Part shown: piece by piece, positions 26,295 to 34,777 of the stretch
How the letters are laid out: each line of letters begins with the position of its first letter
Position numbering within the stretch: position 1 is the stretch's first letter
Source of the DNA: a virus
Taxonomy: Duplodnaviria > Caudoviricetes
Virus record (IMG/VR): IMGVR_UViG_3300017747_002624
Coordinates: 1-36,878 of that record
Length of the DNA stretch: 36,878 nucleotides
Direction: 5' to 3' (one strand)
Notes under the pieces: model-generated
Seen by the model: the letters and a program-made list of their open reading frames with translations, nothing else
Database searches by the model: none
What the model was told of the DNA's origin: nothing
Program-made: the position numbers and the translations under genes

Positions 26295-28696
26295 TACGCA
26301 GGCTCCTCAAGGACGTGCAGGATTTCGCCCACTTCATTGCGAACCGGCGTCCTCTTTTTCGTGGCCCTGATTGCCGCAAGCAGTTCTCCTTGCATGCCGA
26401 CGATCTGCTGCATGATGATGGCCGGATTGACTTCGTTTGCTTCGTGCTGCGCACCTTCGGCGGCTTCCTGCTGCGGCGGTTCGGCCTTCTCGTGCGCCTT
26501 CATGGTCTCGGCCATGACTTTCCCGGCGACCTCCATCGCGGCCTTCTCAAGCGCCAGATCGCGCTCCATCACCATTCGTTCCCTGGCGATGCGCTCTTCT
26601 GAGGCCAGCTCGTCCCGGCGCATCTCGGCCTGGGCTTGCGCTTTGATCTGTTCGATAGCTCGATCAGCGGCCAGCCTGTCATTGGCAGCAAGGCGATCGG
26701 CCTCGGCTTTTTCGCGCTCCAGTTGCGCCCGCTCCTGCGCGACTGCCCGCTCGTTTTGAGCCTGCATCGCGGCCTTCTCTTTGTCGGCCAGCAATTCGGC
26801 CTGCTTTTCCTCGATTTTCGGATCCGGCTTGGGCTGCGGCGGCTGCATCGCCTTGATTTCTTCCTCGACCTCGGTCCCGAAGCGGAAGCGGCGAACGATT
26901 GCAAGCAGCATCGACTGAGCGGCGGCGAACGGCATGATTCCCTGCTCGACCAAGGGCGTGATGCCGTTGACGAACTGGCCCATCGCGCCCATTGCTTCGG
27001 CAATGTTTTGCTTGTCCTCCTGCTCGTTGACTTCGACCGTCGAATTCGTCTCGATGTCGATCCGATAGGCGCGGGACAGGTCGTTTTTCAGAAGCGCAAG
27101 CACCGAATCCCAATCCGGCGCAGCCATGACTTGCCCGATCTGCGCTTGTGTCTGAGGGTCAAGCGGCTGGCCGGCAATCTGCGCGGCCTGAATCAACGCT
27201 TGCGCTTGCGCTTTCTGCTCGGCAGTCACATACGGAAGCCCGGTCATTTGCGCGAAGGTCTCAACGGAGAATTGCTTGGCAGCAACCTCCAGCATGAGGC
27301 GCAAGGTGTCGCGCACGTAGCGTCGCACCTCGTTTTGCAGCATCTTGATCCGCAGGCTTCCCCACTGATTTTTGATGTTCTGCGCGGTGGCCGTCTCGGA
27401 TGCGACCGATGCCCCCCGGATAATGTCCGACAGGCCGGTGACCTCGTAGATGATCTGCTTGCACTCGTTGCGGGCTTGGTAGAGCTGTTGCAGCACCGCG
27501 ACAAGCTGCTCCAGCGGCATGAACCAAATGTACTTGTCCAGGCCCCCTTCCAGCCGGATCGACGAGGCGTTCTCCGCCGCGATCATCGAGTTGTCGTCCT
27601 GCTTCAACAGGTCATTCAGCGTGTCGCCGAGGGAGCCGTCATACGCCCCGCGCACCTTGATCGCCTCCACGATCCGGTTGATGCGGATGCTGATCTTGTT
27701 AAGCTCGGTCGCCTGGTTCTCGTACAGCGTATAAAGCGCGGTGGCGCTCAGATCCTCGGTCTTGGCAAGGAAGCGCATCGGCTTCGGGACCGGATAGAAG
27801 CCGGTCAGGTCGAGCGGATCGTCCTCTTCCTTCAGGTAGCCTTCGGGGTACGTGGGCGAGACGAAGCGCACTTTCCGCGCCTTCTTGTGCCAGATTTCGT
27901 AGACAAGGCATGTCTTGCGCTCGGATTTCTGGTCCTCGCGCTCTTTCTTGCGCTCTCCGTCCCAATCGTCGCCGTTGGTGTCCTCGTCCCCCGGCGTGAA
28001 GACCATCTGCGCCGCGACACGAACGCCAAACATCTTCTCGGCTTCCGGCCTGTCCATGTGGTGCTCGAACGCCACCCACGGCACCTTTGACCACTTCTTC
28101 GCGTAGCCGAAATACACCCGATCCCACGGCACCGTCTCCGTGCAGACGGTCTCGTAAGCCTTCGCGGGTGAGGATTGCGCCTCTTGCGCAAGTTCCGGCG
28201 AGCCGGTCGGCGCGTCGTCCTGATCGTTCCCGTCCGGGCTGTCGTCGGTGTCGCCCTCGGCCTCGTCATCGTCTTGCGGCACGTCCACGATGTCCGCTTC
28301 GTACTTCACGCGGGACAGGCCGCGACCGGGGAGCAGCGCATCCAGCGTAACATCGCGCATCGTGGCGTCGAACGTCTCGTATTCCTCCAGATTCGTGTCG
28401 AGCAGGAATTCCAGGCACCGTTGCCCCGCCATCGCAGCGGCTTTGCCGTTTGGATCGGCATCCTTAAAGCGGCGTTGAACGACCGGCTTCGGGGTCGTGC
28501 CGAAAAGCGCAGGAAGCAGCGTCTCGGTGTTGCTGTACAGGATGTTGAACGGGACGCGCCCGCGCTTCTCGCCCGAGTAGATCGCCCGGACGCGCTGGCC
28601 TTCCTTGATGTACTCCTTCTCGCGCTTGCGAGCGGCGGAAATCTCGTTCTTCCAGAAGCGAACGGCTTCCGAAACGGTGCGTTTTTCAGCGCTCAT
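26294..28696 (-). CDS. Portal protein with long C-terminal coiled coil
   Basis: About 800 aa after terminase; FNILYSNTETL.P, LLPGRG, IYEVTGLSDIIRG...ETATAQ.IK, IDIETNST. Confidence 0.9.
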   Translation of the reverse strand: MSAEKRTVSEAVRFWKNEISAARKREKEYIKEGQRVRAIYSGEKRGRVPFNILYSNTETLLPALFGTTPKPVVQRRFKDADPNGKAAAMAGQRCLEFLLDTNLEEYETFDATMRDVTLDALLPGRGLSRVKYEADIVDVPQDDDEAEGDTDDSPDGNDQDDAPTGSPELAQEAQSSPAKAYETVCTETVPWDRVYFGYAKKWSKVPWVAFEHHMDRPEAEKMFGVRVAAQMVFTPGDEDTNGDDWDGERKKEREDQKSERKTCLVYEIWHKKARKVRFVSPTYPEGYLKEEDDPLDLTGFYPVPKPMRFLAKTEDLSATALYTLYENQATELNKISIRINRIVEAIKVRGAYDGSLGDTLNDLLKQDDNSMIAAENASSIRLEGGLDKYIWFMPLEQLVAVLQQLYQARNECKQIIYEVTGLSDIIRGASVASETATAQNIKNQWGSLRIKMLQNEVRRYVRDTLRLMLEVAAKQFSVETFAQMTGLPYVTAEQKAQAQALIQAAQIAGQPLDPQTQAQIGQVMAAPDWDSVLALLKNDLSRAYRIDIETNSTVEVNEQEDKQNIAEAMGAMGQFVNGITPLVEQGIMPFAAAQSMLLAIVRRFRFGTEVEEEIKAMQPPQPKPDPKIEEKQAELLADKEKAAMQAQNERAVAQERAQLEREKAEADRLAANDRLAADRAIEQIKAQAQAEMRRDELASEERIARERMVMERDLALEKAAMEVAGKVMAETMKAHEKAEPPQQEAAEGAQHEANEVNPAIIMQQIVGMQGELLAAIRATKKRTPVRNEVGEILHVLEEPA

Positions 28697-29076
28697 GCGA
28701 TTGCCATCCTTGCCGCGCCGGTCTGCGCCGTCGCCCATCCGCCGTTGAACATGTCCGCTGCATCCACCGCCGAGGTACTGACGCGAAGCGCTCCATCCGC
28801 CCGCACGTTGAAGCCGCCGATCGACTGATCCGATGCCGCAGGCGCGACAGTCGTCACGTACAGCCGCCCGTCCTGATGGAACGCAAGCCCGTTGATGAAT
28901 TGCGCAGCAGCCGGAACCGCAGAAGCGCCCAAGTTCTCCACGTAGGGCTTGCCGGTCGCGCCTTCCACCGCCCATCCGTTGATGAACGACGCCCCCGCAG
29001 GGACGCCCGCAGCGGCATTCAGCGCGGACATTTGCCCCGCATCGGAAAAAAGCTTGCCGCCGATAGATTGCGTCAT
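28693..29076 (-). CDS. Small protein with four internal ~25-aa repeats
   Basis: FINGWAV..TGKPYV / FINGLAF.QDGRLYV / SIGGFNV.ADGALRV / FNGGWAT.QTGAARM; coupled to both neighbours. Confidence 0.7.
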   Translation of the reverse strand: MTQSIGGKLFSDAGQMSALNAAAGVPAGASFINGWAVEGATGKPYVENLGASAVPAAAQFINGLAFHQDGRLYVTTVAPAASDQSIGGFNVRADGALRVSTSAVDAADMFNGGWATAQTGAARMAIA

Positions 29077-30581
29077 AGCGCCTCGGCCCGTTCTTTCCGG
29101 CGCTTGTCAAAATGCGCGGTGCGCACATCCTTGAACTTCATCGCCTTGATGTCCGCCGCAATCAGGGCTTCCTCGGTGCTTACCTCGCTCGGGGCAGGCT
29201 TACGCAGGAACGGGCGCGACATGCACGCATAGCGGGTTTCGTCCGCCGCGTGGTCCTCGCCGTCCGTGTTCACGTCCTCCGGGCGTCCTTCGTCGTGCTG
29301 AAGCGCGGGCAACGTGCGGATGGTGTGTACGCAGGTCGAGAAGAAATAGAGCATCGGGCGCCCGTCCTCGCCCTTCAGGCGCGAGCGAAGCTGATCCCAT
29401 CCGCCCATCGCCCCGCGAGCCGAAACGCGCTTGTTGTCCGCCGCTCTCCACGCAACGCGCTTTTTCGTGTGACGCAGCATCCGCTCGGCAATCGATGGCC
29501 CGCCGTTCTCCGCAAACGCAGCCGGGTCAATGACTGAATGCGGGAACTTGAATTCATAGCCCCGGTCATCGCGCTCGATCACGCCTTCGGCAACTTCTTC
29601 GGCGGTGAGCTTCAGCCCGACATTGGGCTGGCCGTCCTTCATCCCGTACCACTCGCGGTATTTGACGAGAGCGCCTCGGGGAAACTGCGGCAATTCGCCC
29701 TCGCTCACCGCGTACCAGCCCACCGAGAACGGGGCCGATGATCCCCAATCGCAAGCCCGGAACCGCATCCAATGCTTCGGCAGTTCGACCGGCTCGATGA
29801 CGTGCTGCTCGGTCGTGAATTCGGGAAAGAACGCGCCCGCGATCACGTTCCAGTCGCCGTCCTCCATCGCCCGCACGAGCTGCGGCGAGCCAAGCCCGCG
29901 CAGCCGCTGCCGGTAGTTCGGATCGTCCGCCGCCATGCTCGGGTTGTCGTCCAGCCGAGCCGGAATGTACTGCCGACGCATCCCGCCCTCGGAATCGCCC
30001 ATCGGGCGAATCTCAAGCGGTACCGCGTTGTCGATAAACCCGGCTTTGACCCAGTGATGGCCAATGTTTCCGGGGTTTGACCCTGCGATGATTCGCGGGA
30101 AAAGCCCCTCGTACTTCGGCGGCAGTTTCAGGCCAACCGCACGGCAGCGCGAGCGCAGGAAGCGATAGATCACGTCCGTGAAGGTCGTCAATTCATCGAT
30201 CAGCAGAACGTGAATCTCTGCGCCGAGGTACTTGAAGCGGTCTTTTTCGTCCTTGCAATGGCAGAGGTAAATCTTTGATCCGTTCCAGAACCGGATTTCA
30301 TCCTCGACCATGCGCACCAAGCCCGAATTCACCCACGGCGCGAGGATCGCCCGCAGCCCCTTCGGCCCTTCAATGTGGTTCTTGACCAGATCCTCGGAGA
30401 TGCGGCGAAATAGATAGACCTGCAAGCCGGGAATCTCCGCGCACCACGTAATCGCTGCCGAGCGCATCAGGTGCGACTTACCGCCGCCCGCCGCGCCGCC
30501 GTAGAGGATCTCGGTCGCGGTCGAGAGGAACGCCGCGCCCTGCTTCTTGTGAAGGTGCAAGTCAATTGCCGATGGAGACAT
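29073..30581 (-). CDS. terL: Terminase large subunit
   Basis: Walker A YGGAAGGGKS, Walker B LLIDE, GSNPG, nuclease DWG and EDHAADETRY. Confidence 0.95.
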   Translation of the reverse strand: MSPSAIDLHLHKKQGAAFLSTATEILYGGAAGGGKSHLMRSAAITWCAEIPGLQVYLFRRISEDLVKNHIEGPKGLRAILAPWVNSGLVRMVEDEIRFWNGSKIYLCHCKDEKDRFKYLGAEIHVLLIDELTTFTDVIYRFLRSRCRAVGLKLPPKYEGLFPRIIAGSNPGNIGHHWVKAGFIDNAVPLEIRPMGDSEGGMRRQYIPARLDDNPSMAADDPNYRQRLRGLGSPQLVRAMEDGDWNVIAGAFFPEFTTEQHVIEPVELPKHWMRFRACDWGSSAPFSVGWYAVSEGELPQFPRGALVKYREWYGMKDGQPNVGLKLTAEEVAEGVIERDDRGYEFKFPHSVIDPAAFAENGGPSIAERMLRHTKKRVAWRAADNKRVSARGAMGGWDQLRSRLKGEDGRPMLYFFSTCVHTIRTLPALQHDEGRPEDVNTDGEDHAADETRYACMSRPFLRKPAPSEVSTEEALIAADIKAMKFKDVRTAHFDKRRKERAEAL

Positions 30582-31002
30582 TCACCACCGCCTGCACCAG
30601 ATGCTCACCGTTCGGCCCTGCGCCCTCAAGCTTGATCTGATCGCCGTACTTCTTCGGCTTCAGGTGCGCCGCAATCCACTTGCGCGAGTCGATGCGAAGC
30701 TTTGAGCGCTGGACGTGCTCGGTGTCCAGCACCATGTCGTCCATGTTCGGTCCGCCGACGATGTAATCCTTCGATCGATCGTCCGCAATCTCGATGATTT
30801 CGTCCGCGTAGAAGTCCGCTTGATCCTCGCGGGCCTGCGCGTAGATCGCCTGAAACTCAGGGTTCCTGGCGAGCCAGCGCATCACCGTTCGCCGGTTCGG
30901 CATGTCCTCCGATTCGCAGATTTTGCGAAGCGATTCCCCTTTGGCGATGCGCTCGCAGATCGCCTCGGCCTGCTCCAGCGTGTAGGAGGTGACGTTGGAC
31001 AT
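30562..31002 (-). CDS. terS: Terminase small subunit
   Basis: ICERIAKGESLRKIC...MP...V.RWL...Y..ARE...LRIDSRKW.A..L.PKKYG. Confidence 0.92.
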   Translation of the reverse strand: MSNVTSYTLEQAEAICERIAKGESLRKICESEDMPNRRTVMRWLARNPEFQAIYAQAREDQADFYADEIIEIADDRSKDYIVGGPNMDDMVLDTEHVQRSKLRIDSRKWIAAHLKPKKYGDQIKLEGAGPNGEHLVQAVVNVSIGN

Positions 31003-31221
31003 CTAGCCCGAGCGCAACTGCGTCAGGATCGACGCGGCTTGCGTGGCCGCGCTGTCCGCCTGGGTAGTCGTGCACCAGCGCGAACGCCCCGCGTAGCTGT
31101 CGATGCCGACCACGTAGTGGTTGTCGTAGGTCGCGCCCGCGTGGGTGCTGATCGTGATGTTGGCGACCTTGCCGGTGCCAGCGGTGTCGAGTTGCGCCTG
31201 AATCTCTGCCGGTGTCGCCAT
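31003..31221 (-). CDS. Small hypothetical protein, first late gene
   Basis: GGAG RBS before ATG 31221; abuts terS. Confidence 0.6.
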   Translation of the reverse strand: MATPAEIQAQLDTAGTGKVANITISTHAGATYDNHYVVGIDSYAGRSRWCTTTQADSAATQAASILTQLRSG

Positions 31222-31234
31222 GCCCGTCGCTCCG

Positions 31235-31264
31235 AGAAAAAGAAAGGCCCGCACGAGGCGGGCC
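31235..31264 (-). terminator. Rho-independent terminator ahead of the late operon
   Basis: Minus strand GGCCCGC-ctcgt-GCGGGCC followed by TTTCTTTTTCT. Confidence 0.75.
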
Positions 31265-31312
31265 GAATTGGGAGGCTGCAAGGAAGAGGCAGCAAACAAA
31301 AAGGCCCGTCTG

Positions 31313-31552
31313 CTACAGGCGCGATTGTTCCTCGGTGGCTGTCCCGTACTCGGGACAAATAAGCTTGGAGAGCGCAATCAGGCGCATCCCCTCGGAATAG
31401 CGCGGCTCGGTGATGCCCTCTTTGTAGCGGCCCAATGCGGACTTGCTGGTGCCGGTCTTGGCCGCGATGCAGCGCAGGGACAGGCCGCGCCGCTCAAGGT
31501 CCACGATGACGCGAAACCAGTAATCCGGGGGAACGATGGGCGCGAGGGTCAT
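31313..31552 (-). CDS. XRE HTH protein, candidate late-gene regulator
   Basis: WFRVIVDLERRGLSLRCIAAKTGTSKSALGRYK.G..EPRYSEG; last early gene. Confidence 0.7.
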   Translation of the reverse strand: MTLAPIVPPDYWFRVIVDLERRGLSLRCIAAKTGTSKSALGRYKEGITEPRYSEGMRLIALSKLICPEYGTATEEQSRL

Positions 31553-31555
31553 TTC
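31501..31555. repeat. 55-bp direct repeat, copy 1 (copy 2 at 32198-32252)
   Basis: 51/55 identical; both copies encode MTLAPIVPPDYWFRVIV. Confidence 0.9.
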
Positions 31556-31884
31556 TTCACGATCTCGCAATTTTCCCAATAAACCTTTGGGCGTTTTACG
31601 GTGTGAACAAAACCCCATTGCTCGCTCAGATTCTTCTTGAGCAACCTTCGGATGACTTCACGCGCTTGGCAAAATTCACTCCAATCACTCGCGTCTATTT
31701 CCAAGGCGCTTATGACTTGGGGCGGGGATGACTTGACGCTCCAAGTGGCTTCTTTATCCTTGCATTTCTGCTTTCCTTCCGCATCGCGCTGTCGAATCGC
31801 GTTCGCGATTTCAAACAACCCCATGCCGACAATGCTTGCGATGAACACAAGCCCAAAAAATACGCCAATGGCAATCGATGTCAT
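31549..31884 (-). CDS. Hypothetical protein with N-terminal TM helix
   Basis: Hydrophobic first 25 aa; lower GC; GGAGG RBS. Confidence 0.6.
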   Translation of the reverse strand: MTSIAIGVFFGLVFIASIVGMGLFEIANAIRQRDAEGKQKCKDKEATWSVKSSPPQVISALEIDASDWSEFCQAREVIRRLLKKNLSEQWGFVHTVKRPKVYWENCEIVKK

Positions 31885-32249
31885 GCGTGCGCCTCCTCGA
31901 ACAGCGGCGGAGCGCTCGGCTCCATCGCCAGAATCTCCACCTCCAGCCGCGCCCCCTTTCCGTCCGGCTCGGCCCGGTCCGCTACGATGCGATGCACTTG
32001 CGCGTCATCCCCGTAGCCGATCCCCTTCAGCGCGTCCAGCGTGACCTTCAGCGCGTTGTCGAGGTCGATGCAAATGCGATTCTTCGGGACCAGGCGGATG
32101 CGCATCTCGACGAGTCCTGAGAACGGCGAGCGCAGGCCCGATGCTTTCGCGATCCGGCCCACTTCGGACTTGTACGCCTTGGCCTCGTCGCTCACGACCA
32201 CGATGACGCGAAACCAGTAATCCGGGGGGACAATGGGGGCGAGAGTCAT
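31881..32249 (-). CDS. rusA: RusA-family resolvase with chimeric N-terminus
   Basis: SDEAKAYK...DLDNALKVTLDALKG..YGDDAQV; first 17 aa shared with the HTH protein. Confidence 0.8.
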   Translation of the reverse strand: MTLAPIVPPDYWFRVIVVVSDEAKAYKSEVGRIAKASGLRSPFSGLVEMRIRLVPKNRICIDLDNALKVTLDALKGIGYGDDAQVHRIVADRAEPDGKGARLEVEILAMEPSAPPLFEEAHA

Positions 32250-32252
32250 TTC
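32198..32252. repeat. 55-bp direct repeat, copy 2
   Basis: Matches 31501-31555. Confidence 0.9.
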
Positions 32253-32416
32253 GCCTTGAACTTCTCACCGTAGCTCGGCGCGGGACGCGATTCCTCGACG
32301 CGCTTCAGCGCCTCGACCATGCCCCGGTCGTAGCGGTACTGCCCGAACGGGCGCGGTGTCAGGCTGCGCGATACGGCCACGCGACAACCTCGGTTCGTGC
32401 TGGATTGCTCCATCAT
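32246..32416 (-). CDS. Hypothetical 56-aa protein (below the ORF track cutoff)
   Basis: ATGA overlaps at both ends; MMEQSSTNRG...KFKAK. Confidence 0.5.
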   Translation of the reverse strand: MMEQSSTNRGCRVAVSRSLTPRPFGQYRYDRGMVEALKRVEESRPAPSYGEKFKAK

Positions 32417-32766
32417 TCGACTCCCATCGGTAGCACTTCGACCAAAAGCCGCCCTACGCCATCAGGCGGCATCCTCTGCGCGACGATCTTTCGCACCTGC
32501 GAATCGTCCTCGTAGGCGATCCCGTTCAAGGCGTCGATGGTGACCTTCAGAGCGTTGTCCAAGTCCATGCAAACGCCGCTCTTCGGGATCAGACGAACGT
32601 CCAGCGCCACCGCCGAGATCAGCGCAGGCTCGTACAGCCCCGCATTGCGTGCGATGAGCGCCACGGCCTGCTTGTAAGCCTTCGCCTCGGAGGATACGAA
32701 CGTGCGCCCGCGTGCGTTGCGCCAATAGCGATTTGCGCTGATCGGGTAAGGCAGCGTGAGCTTCAT
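32413..32766 (-). CDS. rusA: RusA-family Holliday junction resolvase
   Basis: LTLPYPISANRYWR...DLDNALKVTIDALNG..YEDDSQV. Confidence 0.9.
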   Translation of the reverse strand: MKLTLPYPISANRYWRNARGRTFVSSEAKAYKQAVALIARNAGLYEPALISAVALDVRLIPKSGVCMDLDNALKVTIDALNGIAYEDDSQVRKIVAQRMPPDGVGRLLVEVLPMGVE

Positions 32767-33047
32767 GCGGGCGAATACCTGCTGCTACCGCGTGCGCCGG
32801 TCGCGGTGATAAGCCCCTCGGCCTTCATGCGCGATACCTCGACGTTCAGGCTGACGCGAGACCCGCCGATGACCTCGTACAGCTCTCCCATCGATTTCGG
32901 CGACTGCGTGACGAGCTGCAGGATCACCTGACGTTTCTTGCCGTGCGGTATGCCGAGCTTCTCGCGTGGCTGCACAGGCGGAAGCTCCTCGCCTTGCGCC
33001 CGAAGCATGAAGCCCCCAAGAATCTGCCCCAAGTTCGACGCGATCAC
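32763..33047 (-). CDS. Winged-helix protein
   Basis: ILQLV...SMGELYEVIG.SRVSL...VSRMKAEGLI; GTGA coupling. Confidence 0.6.
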   Translation of the reverse strand: MIASNLGQILGGFMLRAQGEELPPVQPREKLGIPHGKKRQVILQLVTQSPKSMGELYEVIGGSRVSLNVEVSRMKAEGLITATGARGSSRYSPA

Positions 33048-33340
33048 AGCAGCCGCCCTTGCGCAGCCCGCGCACGCACCGGGGTCACCGTCCGCCCGCT
33101 CACCGAGCAAGACCGCGCCGGGCATTCTTCGAGGTAGCCAAGCGCCTTGAGTTCCGTGCATCGCCCCGACACCGCCGACAGGTCGAAGTGCGTCGCGATC
33201 GCCAGTTCCCGCAGCGACCAATCCCGCCCCGGATGCGCGTGGACTTCGAGCATGATCCGCGTCTGCTGCTTGTTCAGCCCTCCGCTGTCGCGGTGCGCGA
33301 AAAATGCCGAGTTGCGCGTCTGTGTCGCCGCTGAAATCAT
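33044..33340 (-). CDS. Winged-helix (MarR-like) protein
   Basis: QQTRIM...SLRELAIAT....SAVSGRCTELKALG; GGAGG RBS. Confidence 0.7.
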   Translation of the reverse strand: MISAATQTRNSAFFAHRDSGGLNKQQTRIMLEVHAHPGRDWSLRELAIATHFDLSAVSGRCTELKALGYLEECPARSCSVSGRTVTPVRARAAQGRLL

Positions 33341-33525
33341 CGCCAATCCCTCCCGGTCACGGTGTAGCTGTAGGTCGGCTGAGGCTTCTTCAGGGCCTCC
33401 CGCCGCTTGCGTTCCTCCGCCGTCTCGGTCAGCGGGTACGTCACGATTTCGCTCGTCACCGGAGGCTCCAAACGCGCGGGCGCGCGCGAAGCGGAGGTCG
33501 CAGAGGGCCGCACTTTGCCGTTCAC
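33337..33525 (-). CDS. Hypothetical protein
   Basis: GTGA and ATGA coupling. Confidence 0.45.
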   Translation of the reverse strand: MNGKVRPSATSASRAPARLEPPVTSEIVTYPLTETAEERKRREALKKPQPTYSYTVTGRDWR

Positions 33526-33932
33526 TCGTCGTCGCTCCCTGGAGTGCGGTCGGACCCGAAGAATCCCCGCGTCGCATCGGTCGCAAGCCGGACATGCAGG
33601 GCCGTGATCGGGTGCCCGGACGCGAGCCGTTCGCCCCGCTGGTGCCGGGAAAGGATGTCCCGAGCCCATCCCTTCGATCCCCGGTCCGCTGCGTCCTTGC
33701 GATGAGCGAGAACGTATGCCCGGCAGTCATTCGCGGACTTGGCACCGAGATTCGCGGTGTACGCCCGAGCCTCTCGGGTCCAATGCAGGTCGTAGTGGAA
33801 CCGGCAGAAGTTCGCCCACCCGGTCGGGACGTGAACCCGGCAGATCGCGTCATCCTGGCAATTTTCCAAAGAGCATGCAGGCCGGATAAACGGCGCTTTT
33901 ACCTCGACCAGCTTGTCGCGTTTAAACGCCAT
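33522..33932 (-). CDS. Hypothetical Cys/His protein next to the initiator (helicase-loader position)
   Basis: C..C..C..CxxH residues; KGWARDIL.R..RGE; GGAGG RBS. Confidence 0.55.
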   Translation of the reverse strand: MAFKRDKLVEVKAPFIRPACSLENCQDDAICRVHVPTGWANFCRFHYDLHWTREARAYTANLGAKSANDCRAYVLAHRKDAADRGSKGWARDILSRHQRGERLASGHPITALHVRLATDATRGFFGSDRTPGSDDE

Positions 33933-34777
33933 CAGGCACCTCCGGGAGCGCGGTTTTGCTCTTTGCTAAGCCAGCCGTTGACAAAGCGCAGCACACCCGA
34001 TTTCGTCTTTCGGCGCGTGGGGTTTGCGAGGCACCAGCCCCGCATTTCGCGCAGGGTCTGAGGCACGTCCAGCGCGGGGTAAAGGCGCTCAAACTCCGCT
34101 ATCAGCGATTTGCGAATGGGGAATTCTTCGCCGGTGTTGAGCGGCATCGACTCGATCGGCGGGTCTGCGGCGTCGAGCGATGAATCGCTCGGGGCTGTAG
34201 GTGTTGACGTTGGTTTTAGGTTTACTTCTCCCTGTCCCTTTACTGTCCCTGTCCCTTGGTGAACGTCGCGTTGTACGTCACGTTCTACGTTACGTTGCTC
34301 GTCGCGTTTGTCGTCACGTGGTTCGTTACGGTCAACGTCACGTTGTTCGTCACGTTGCGTTTGTGCGGCACGTCGTTTGGCTTCGCGTGCTTCCGTCGCG
34401 GCCTTCGTGCGGTTGCGCTGATCGACCTTCGCTTTCCACGATTCGAGGGCCTTTTTGCACACCGTGCGGTGATACAGGCGACCGTCCGAGCACTTGACAA
34501 AGTGGGACAAGGCGCGTTCCTTCACGCGCTTCCATTCCTTTTCGTCGCAGCGTGCAAGGTCGGCCAGAACCTCGTCGTCATCCGGGAGTGATCCGGTCGG
34601 GACTTGATGCCAGGCCTCGCACCAGAGCGACATTGCAGCGTGCGCGACCCTCGGGTCCTTCTTCGCCTTGATCCAGAGCGAGGACGTGAGCAGGGTCCGG
34701 ACATCGAGCGGCATAAAGCCGAAGTCCCGCAGATCAACCTCAGCCGGGACGAGCGGATCGGGGAGAGCGTCGGTCAT
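33932..34777 (-). CDS. Replication initiator, DUF1376/YdaU-like
   Basis: PLVPAEVDLRDF.FMPLDV..L, SLW..AWHQVP.GSLPDDD..LA, SDGRLYH; internal iterons. Confidence 0.8.
   Translation of the reverse strand: MTDALPDPLVPAEVDLRDFGFMPLDVRTLLTSSLWIKAKKDPRVAHAAMSLWCEAWHQVPTGSLPDDDEVLADLARCDEKEWKRVKERALSHFVKCSDGRLYHRTVCKKALESWKAKVDQRNRTKAATEAREAKRRAAQTQRDEQRDVDRNEPRDDKRDEQRNVERDVQRDVHQGTGTVKGQGEVNLKPTSTPTAPSDSSLDAADPPIESMPLNTGEEFPIRKSLIAEFERLYPALDVPQTLREMRGWCLANPTRRKTKSGVLRFVNGWLSKEQNRAPGGA
34264..34359. repeat. Eight 12-bp tandem iterons, probable replication origin
   Basis: CGTCGCGTTGTA CGTCACGTTCTA CGTTACGTTGCT CGTCGCGTTTGT CGTCACGTGGTT CGTTACGGTCAA CGTCACGTTGTT CGTCACGTTGCG inside the initiator gene, next to a T/C-skewed stretch. 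Confidence 0.8.

Noticed and set aside
26294-29128. 944-aa portal as given in the ORF track, and similar upstream extensions of the GT, GNAT and nozzle ORFs
   Set aside because: The extensions overlap neighbouring real genes; coupled internal starts with RBSs fit better.
31501-32252. Diversity-generating retroelement TR/VR pair
   Set aside because: No reverse transcriptase; the mismatches are synonymous and not adenine-specific; the repeats are at gene starts.
34264-34359. CRISPR array
   Set aside because: 12-bp tandem units without spacers, inside a CDS, with no cas genes.
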